Assembly (NCBI GenBank): GCA_958351385.1
Contig: CATWKM010000004.1
Span: 236-64,235 of the forward strand
Origin: an uncultured Collinsella sp.
Lineage (GTDB): Bacteria > Actinomycetota > Coriobacteriia > Coriobacteriales > Coriobacteriaceae
Length of the DNA: 64,000 nucleotides
Direction of reading: 5' to 3'
Every line of letters starts with the position of its first letter. The first letter of the stretch is position 1. Below the pieces are notes generated by a model that had not been told where the DNA came from, searched no databases, and saw only the letters and a list, made by a program, of their open reading frames with translations. Position numbers and translations under genes: made by a program. Below are positions 57,928 to 64,000 of this stretch, in pieces.

Positions 57928-59700
57928 TCAGTCGAGCTCGTGCGCACGCGCACCTTCGAACTGCATTCGATAGTAACGGGCATAGGTGCCGCCACGGGCG
58001 AGAAGCTCCTCGTGCGTGCCACGCTCCACAACGCGACCATGCTCAACGGTCGCAATCTCATCGGCATGCTTAATGGTCGAAAGACGATGGGCGATGATAA
58101 TCGTGGTGCGGCCGCGTGCCAGCTCTTCGAGTGACTCCTGCACCGCCTCCTCGCTCTCGTTATCCAAAGCACTCGTCGCCTCGTCCAAAATCAGGATCTT
58201 GGGGTTCTTGAGAAACACGCGCGCAATGGCAACGCGCTGCTTCTGTCCACCCGAAAGACGGCTGCCGCGCTCGCCCACCACGGTGTCGTAGCCCTGAGGA
58301 AGCGACTCGATAAAGGCATCGATGTTGGCGCGACGGGCGGCCTCGGCGATCTCTTCTGCCGTAGCGCCCGGCTTGCCGTAGGCGATGTTCTCGCCGATTG
58401 TTCCGTCAAACAGGTAGACATCCTGCTGCACCAGGCCGATGGCGCGGCGCAGGCTCTGCTGCGTCACATCGCGCACGTCCTGGCCGTCGATGCTAATGGA
58501 TCCGGCAGCCACGTCATAAAAGCGCGGCAGCAGCGAACAGGTCGTGGACTTGCCACCGCCCGAAGGGCCAACCAAAGCGATGGTCTGCCCGGGCTTGATG
58601 GACAGATTCATATGGTCGATAACGGGACGCTCGTCGGCATCACCCTCGCCCAGCTCAACGTCCTCGTAGTTAAAGCACACGTCGTGATAATCCACGGCGC
58701 CGGCAGTCACCTGCAGATCCGTGGCGCCCGGCTTGTCCTGGATATCCGGCGCGGTCGAGAGCACCTCGTCCATACGCTTAAAGCCGGCGATAGCCTTCTG
58801 ATACGTTTCGGCCGAATTGACGAGTGTCTCGAGCGGCGTGCAGAACAGCGAAATATAGAGTGCAAAGGTCGCCATATCGACCGCCTGCAGCTGTCCCTGG
58901 GCGACCAGCCAGCCGCCCAGCAGTACCACGATCACATAGAGCACACCCGAGAGCAGGCCATACGTCGCAGTATAGACGCCCATGGCGTGATACATGTTCT
59001 CCTTGGACGAAAGATAGCGATTGTTGGAGGCGCGGAACTTGAAGCGTTCGGTCTCCTCATTGGCAAAGCTCTTGACCACGCGCATACCCGCCAGCGAATC
59101 CTGCAGCTGCGCATTGATGCCGCTGATCTTTTTGCGGTTGTCGCTAAAGACCTCGCGCATGCGCATGTTCTGCCAAAACATGATGACCGCAAACGCCGCC
59201 GTCACCACGGCCATAGCGAGCGCCAGCACCGGGGCGATGGTAAAGAGGATCACAAACGAGCCGATAATCTCGATGCCGCAGATGATGATCCACTCGGGCA
59301 CGTGGTGTGCCGCCTCGCAGATATCGAACAGGTCGTTGACCACGCGGCTCATCATATCGCCCGAGCTGTTGCGGTCAAAGTACGCAAAGCTAAAGCGCTC
59401 ATACTGGTCAAACAGGTCCTCGCGCATTTTGGACTCCATACGCGCGCCCATCACGTGACCCCAATAGCTCACAAAATAGCGGCAGGCGCAGCGGACGGCA
59501 TACATCAGCACCAAGCCCACCGCAATCATGCCGAGCGCCTGCATAATGACAGCCTGACCCTGAGTAAAGAGCCCACCGGTCAAATTGCGCAGGATAATGG
59601 GGAACGCCAGGTCAATGGCGGCAAGCACCAGAGCACAAACAGTATCGGCAACAAAAAGCCCCATCTGGGGCTTGTAATACGAAAGAAACCTTTTAAACAT
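57928..59700 (-). CDS. ABC exporter, fused permease-ATPase
   Basis: 6-TM domain, GPSGGGKST, LSGGQKQR, LDEATSALD, IAHRLST. Confidence 0.93.
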   Translation of the reverse strand: MFKRFLSYYKPQMGLFVADTVCALVLAAIDLAFPIILRNLTGGLFTQGQAVIMQALGMIAVGLVLMYAVRCACRYFVSYWGHVMGARMESKMREDLFDQYERFSFAYFDRNSSGDMMSRVVNDLFDICEAAHHVPEWIIICGIEIIGSFVILFTIAPVLALAMAVVTAAFAVIMFWQNMRMREVFSDNRKKISGINAQLQDSLAGMRVVKSFANEETERFKFRASNNRYLSSKENMYHAMGVYTATYGLLSGVLYVIVVLLGGWLVAQGQLQAVDMATFALYISLFCTPLETLVNSAETYQKAIAGFKRMDEVLSTAPDIQDKPGATDLQVTAGAVDYHDVCFNYEDVELGEGDADERPVIDHMNLSIKPGQTIALVGPSGGGKSTTCSLLPRFYDVAAGSISIDGQDVRDVTQQSLRRAIGLVQQDVYLFDGTIGENIAYGKPGATAEEIAEAARRANIDAFIESLPQGYDTVVGERGSRLSGGQKQRVAIARVFLKNPKILILDEATSALDNESEEAVQESLEELARGRTTIIIAHRLSTIKHADEIATVEHGRVVERGTHEELLARGGTYARYYRMQFEGARAHELD

Positions 59701-59884
59701 AATCACCTTACGCGGTTTTACCAAACCGCGTTTCGTCTCGACGCTGCAAGTGCCCCATTTGGACAATCTGGCCTTCAATCGTCGGTCGCGTATATCCATA
59801 CGCTTCCCTCCTCTTTTAGGCCACCTTCTCTCAAATGGAGCACTTTCGCTGACTTATACAAACCTGCGGGATCATCCCCGCTCG

Positions 59885-60589
59885 TTACAGCTCAGAACCA
59901 CTCAGACGGTGCGCGATGCTATCGCAGGCCAAGGCGCCCACGACGGTCTTGGCGTCTTCGATCTTGCCGTCGAGCACGGCGTCGATCAGCTCGTGCAGCG
60001 GCACCAGGTCCACGTTGACAAACTCGTCATCATCGGGGTTGGGCGCATCAAACTCGAGCTTGGTAGCCAAGTAGATGTGGATGATCTCATCGCAAAAACC
60101 GCAGGACGTGACAATCGACGTCAAAAAGCGAATGCGACCAGCCCTAAAGCCCGTCTCCTCATGCAGCTCGCGTTTGGCGCAATCGAGCGGGTCCTCGCCT
60201 GGATCGAGCTTGCCGGCGGGAATCTCGACCGTCACGCGGTCGATAGCGGTGCGGTACTGACGCACCAGTACGATCTTGCCGCTCTCGGTCAGCGCCACAA
60301 CGGCCGCCGCACCCGGATGGCGAACGATATCGCGGGCGCTGCGGCGACCGTTGGGCAGCTCAACCTCAAGACGGTGGACGTCGAGGATCTTGCCCTTCCA
60401 GGCGCACTCCTCCGAAAGAATCTTCTCGTGCAGCTCGACATCGTGCGGGTCGTCGTCGCCCAACACCAGCGCCGGCTCGTCAGCGACCTCGCCGCCAGGC
60501 TCGCCCTCGGCGTGACCATACACGCGGCTGTCCTCCTCGACGATCTGCGCATCCACGAGCTCTTCGTTCTTCTCGTCCATCCGTCTCAT
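59885..60589 (-). CDS. NUDIX hydrolase (ADP-ribose pyrophosphatase-like)
   Basis: HPGA, RQYR, EIPAGKLDPGE…AKRELHEETG, DAKT. Confidence 0.9.
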   Translation of the reverse strand: MRRMDEKNEELVDAQIVEEDSRVYGHAEGEPGGEVADEPALVLGDDDPHDVELHEKILSEECAWKGKILDVHRLEVELPNGRRSARDIVRHPGAAAVVALTESGKIVLVRQYRTAIDRVTVEIPAGKLDPGEDPLDCAKRELHEETGFRAGRIRFLTSIVTSCGFCDEIIHIYLATKLEFDAPNPDDDEFVNVDLVPLHELIDAVLDGKIEDAKTVVGALACDSIAHRLSGSEL

Positions 60590-60601
60590 TCCTCTCGGAC
60601 T

Positions 60602-61906
60602 TTAGGCATCCCAGGCGTCGCGGCCACGCAGTGCGCGCAGACCGATGTCGTGACGCAGGGTCTTGCCCTCAAAATCAATCTTCTCGCAGGCCTCGTAGGC
60701 AAGGTTGCGAGCGTTCTCAAACGTATCGCCCAGCGCGGTCACGGCAAGCACACGGCCACCGTTGGTCACGAGCCGACCGTCCACCACGGCGGTGCCGGCA
60801 TGGTACACGGTCACGTTCTCCATGGCCTCGGCGTCGGCGATACCGGTGATGACCTTGCCCTTCTCGTAGCTGCCGGGATAGCCCGCGCTCGTCAGGACAA
60901 CGGCCACAGCCCACTCGTCACGCCAGTCGAGCTCAATCTGATCGAGCTCGCAGTTGGCGCAGGCGAGCATGACCTCAACCAGGTCGTTCTTAAGGCGCGG
61001 CAGCACGACCTGCGTCTCGGGGTCGCCAAAGCGGGCATTGAACTCCAGCACCTTGGGGCCGGCAGGCGTGAGCATAAAGCCGCCATACAGGCAGCCGCGG
61101 TAGTCGATGCCCTCGGCGGCAAGCTCAGCCACGGTCTGCTCCATGACCGCCACCATGGTGGCGTGCTCCTCGTCGGTCACGATGGGCACCGGGCTGTAGA
61201 CGCCCATGCCGCCGGTGTTGGGGCCCTTGTCGCCCTCGAGGGCGCGCTTGTGGTCCTGCGAGGTGGCCATGGGGCGCACGGTCTTGCCGTCGGTAAAGGC
61301 GAGCAGCGAGCACTCGGGACCAACGAGCATCTCCTCGATAACCACGGTGTTGCCGGCATCGCCAAAGGTGCCGCCAAAGCACTCGCGCACGGCCTCCTCG
61401 GCCTGCTCAAGTTCGGTCGCCACGATAACGCCCTTGCCCGCGGCAAGGCCGTCGGCCTTCACGACCAGCGGAGCGCCCTGCTCGCGCACGTAGGCGAGAG
61501 CCGAAGCCTCGTCGGTAAACGAACCATAGGCTGCCGTCGGAATGCCCGCACGCTCCATGAGCTGCTTGGAGAACAGCTTGGAACCCTCCATCTGGGCACC
61601 CTCGGCACCCGGGCCAAAGCAGGGAATACCTGCCGCGCGCACGGCGTCGGCCACGCCCGCCACGAGCGGAGCCTCGGGGCCAATTACCACGAGTCCGCAT
61701 CCGTGGCTCTGCGCAAACGCCGCCACGGCCGCAGGATCGCAGTCGTCGAGAACAACGTTCTCGCCGCAGCTCGCGGTGCCGCCGTTACCCGGCGCGATGT
61801 AGAGCTTGCCGGCGCGCGGTGATGCTGCGAGCTTAGCTGCCAAAGCATGCTCGCGGCCGCCGCTGCCCAACAACAGGATGTCGATGGTTTGAGTGTCCGC
61901 CTTCAA
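60602..61906 (-). CDS. purD: Phosphoribosylamine-glycine ligase
   Basis: [46 protein letters not shown] start after GAGGAGG. Confidence 0.96.
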   Translation of the reverse strand: MKADTQTIDILLLGSGGREHALAAKLAASPRAGKLYIAPGNGGTASCGENVVLDDCDPAAVAAFAQSHGCGLVVIGPEAPLVAGVADAVRAAGIPCFGPGAEGAQMEGSKLFSKQLMERAGIPTAAYGSFTDEASALAYVREQGAPLVVKADGLAAGKGVIVATELEQAEEAVRECFGGTFGDAGNTVVIEEMLVGPECSLLAFTDGKTVRPMATSQDHKRALEGDKGPNTGGMGVYSPVPIVTDEEHATMVAVMEQTVAELAAEGIDYRGCLYGGFMLTPAGPKVLEFNARFGDPETQVVLPRLKNDLVEVMLACANCELDQIELDWRDEWAVAVVLTSAGYPGSYEKGKVITGIADAEAMENVTVYHAGTAVVDGRLVTNGGRVLAVTALGDTFENARNLAYEACEKIDFEGKTLRHDIGLRALRGRDAWDA

Positions 61907-62024
61907 GGGTGCCTCCTCTATGGATGAATGGCTCGCTCCGCGCGAGCCCTTTGCAAGCAAATATACCCCTCGGCCGCCCGCTTGGGCTGCAAAGGGGTAT
62001 ATCGCAATAACCAAATAGTCCCGA

Positions 62025-63320
<1,296 letters not shown>

Positions 63321-63404
63321 TTACATTCATGGACTGTCTACGCGCCACGCCGGCACGCAGAAGCACAAAACATTCCCAGTATACCCGTGCAACGGGCGCC
63401 TGTC

Positions 63405-64000
63405 CTACTCCTCGGCATGTGCCCCATCAAGCTCATAGAACTTGGTGGATGCCGGCAGGAACATCAGGTCGACGTCGCCGATCGGGCCCGAACGGTTCTT
63501 GGCCACGACGATACGCGTAACGCCCTCGTCGGGTCGATCGTCGCGCGAGGCTTCGGCCTCGTCGGCGGAGCGGTCCAAGAACATAACGATATCGGCGTCC
63601 TGCTCGATGGAGCCCGATTCACGAAGGTCGGAAAGCTGCGGGCGCTTGCCGGTACGGGATTCGACCTGACGCGAGAGCTGCGACAGCGCGATGAGCGGGA
63701 TCTTGAGTTCCTTGGCCATGATCTTCAGACCACGCGACATCTCGGAGACCTCGACGGTACGGCTCTCGGAGCGGCGTCCCGGCGGAGGACTCACCAGCTG
63801 CAGGTAGTCCAGGATGATGATGGCCTTCTCCTTGTTGTGGAGCATGCGGCGGCTCTTGGCGCGAATCTCGGTCACTGTGGCGCCGGGCGTATCGTCAATC
63901 AGAATATCGAGCTTGGACAAGGTCTGCGTGGCCTCGTTGATATTGGCCCACTGCTCGGGGCTAATGCGGCCCATGCGGAAGTCACTGATCGAGATCATGG
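63405..64000 (-). CDS. dnaB: Replicative DNA helicase, C-terminal part (truncated by the window edge)
   Basis: LDYLQL, SQLSR, LSDLRESGSIEQDAD, AKNRSG. Confidence 0.96.
   Translation of the reverse strand, partial: MISISDFRMGRISPEQWANINEATQTLSKLDILIDDTPGATVTEIRAKSRRMLHNKEKAIIILDYLQLVSPPPGRRSESRTVEVSEMSRGLKIMAKELKIPLIALSQLSRQVESRTGKRPQLSDLRESGSIEQDADIVMFLDRSADEAEASRDDRPDEGVTRIVVAKNRSGPIGDVDLMFLPASTKFYELDGAHAEE

Overview
High-GC gut actinobacterial chromosome segment. Gene content and style suggest Coriobacteriia, probably Collinsella; this is inferred, not verified. Core genes: coaX, a folP-folK fusion, a Sir2 deacylase, xth, glmU-prs-pth, an NfnAB-like pair, a polar amino-acid ABC transporter, purN/M/F/E/D/A, carAB, the 3' part of dnaB and an initiator tRNA-Met. 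Accessory content: (1) a long-form bilirubin reductase (BilR, HGDR motif); (2) a Schlafen/AlbA_2-ATPase-like-wHTH gene next to tRNA-fMet; (3) a LuxR-MFS-amidohydrolase-MFS cassette that splits an ECF transporter operon; (4) a ~2,140-aa cell-wall-anchored GH31 (probable alpha-GalNAcase) and a mannose-family PTS/GntR locus that share a 12-bp upstream motif. The most unusual structure is non-coding. Three arrays (18 copies) of a 15-bp motif (TCTCRATCTGTAACA) alternate strictly in orientation at a 40-41-bp period with 25-26-nt variable spacers, and two of them bracket the Schlafen-like gene. Two other dispersed hairpin families occur: variable stems around a GGGAC(A/G)G core, and a covarying ~45-bp hairpin pair flanking the PTS block in inverted orientation. 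All family assignments come from motif recognition by eye; no database search was run.
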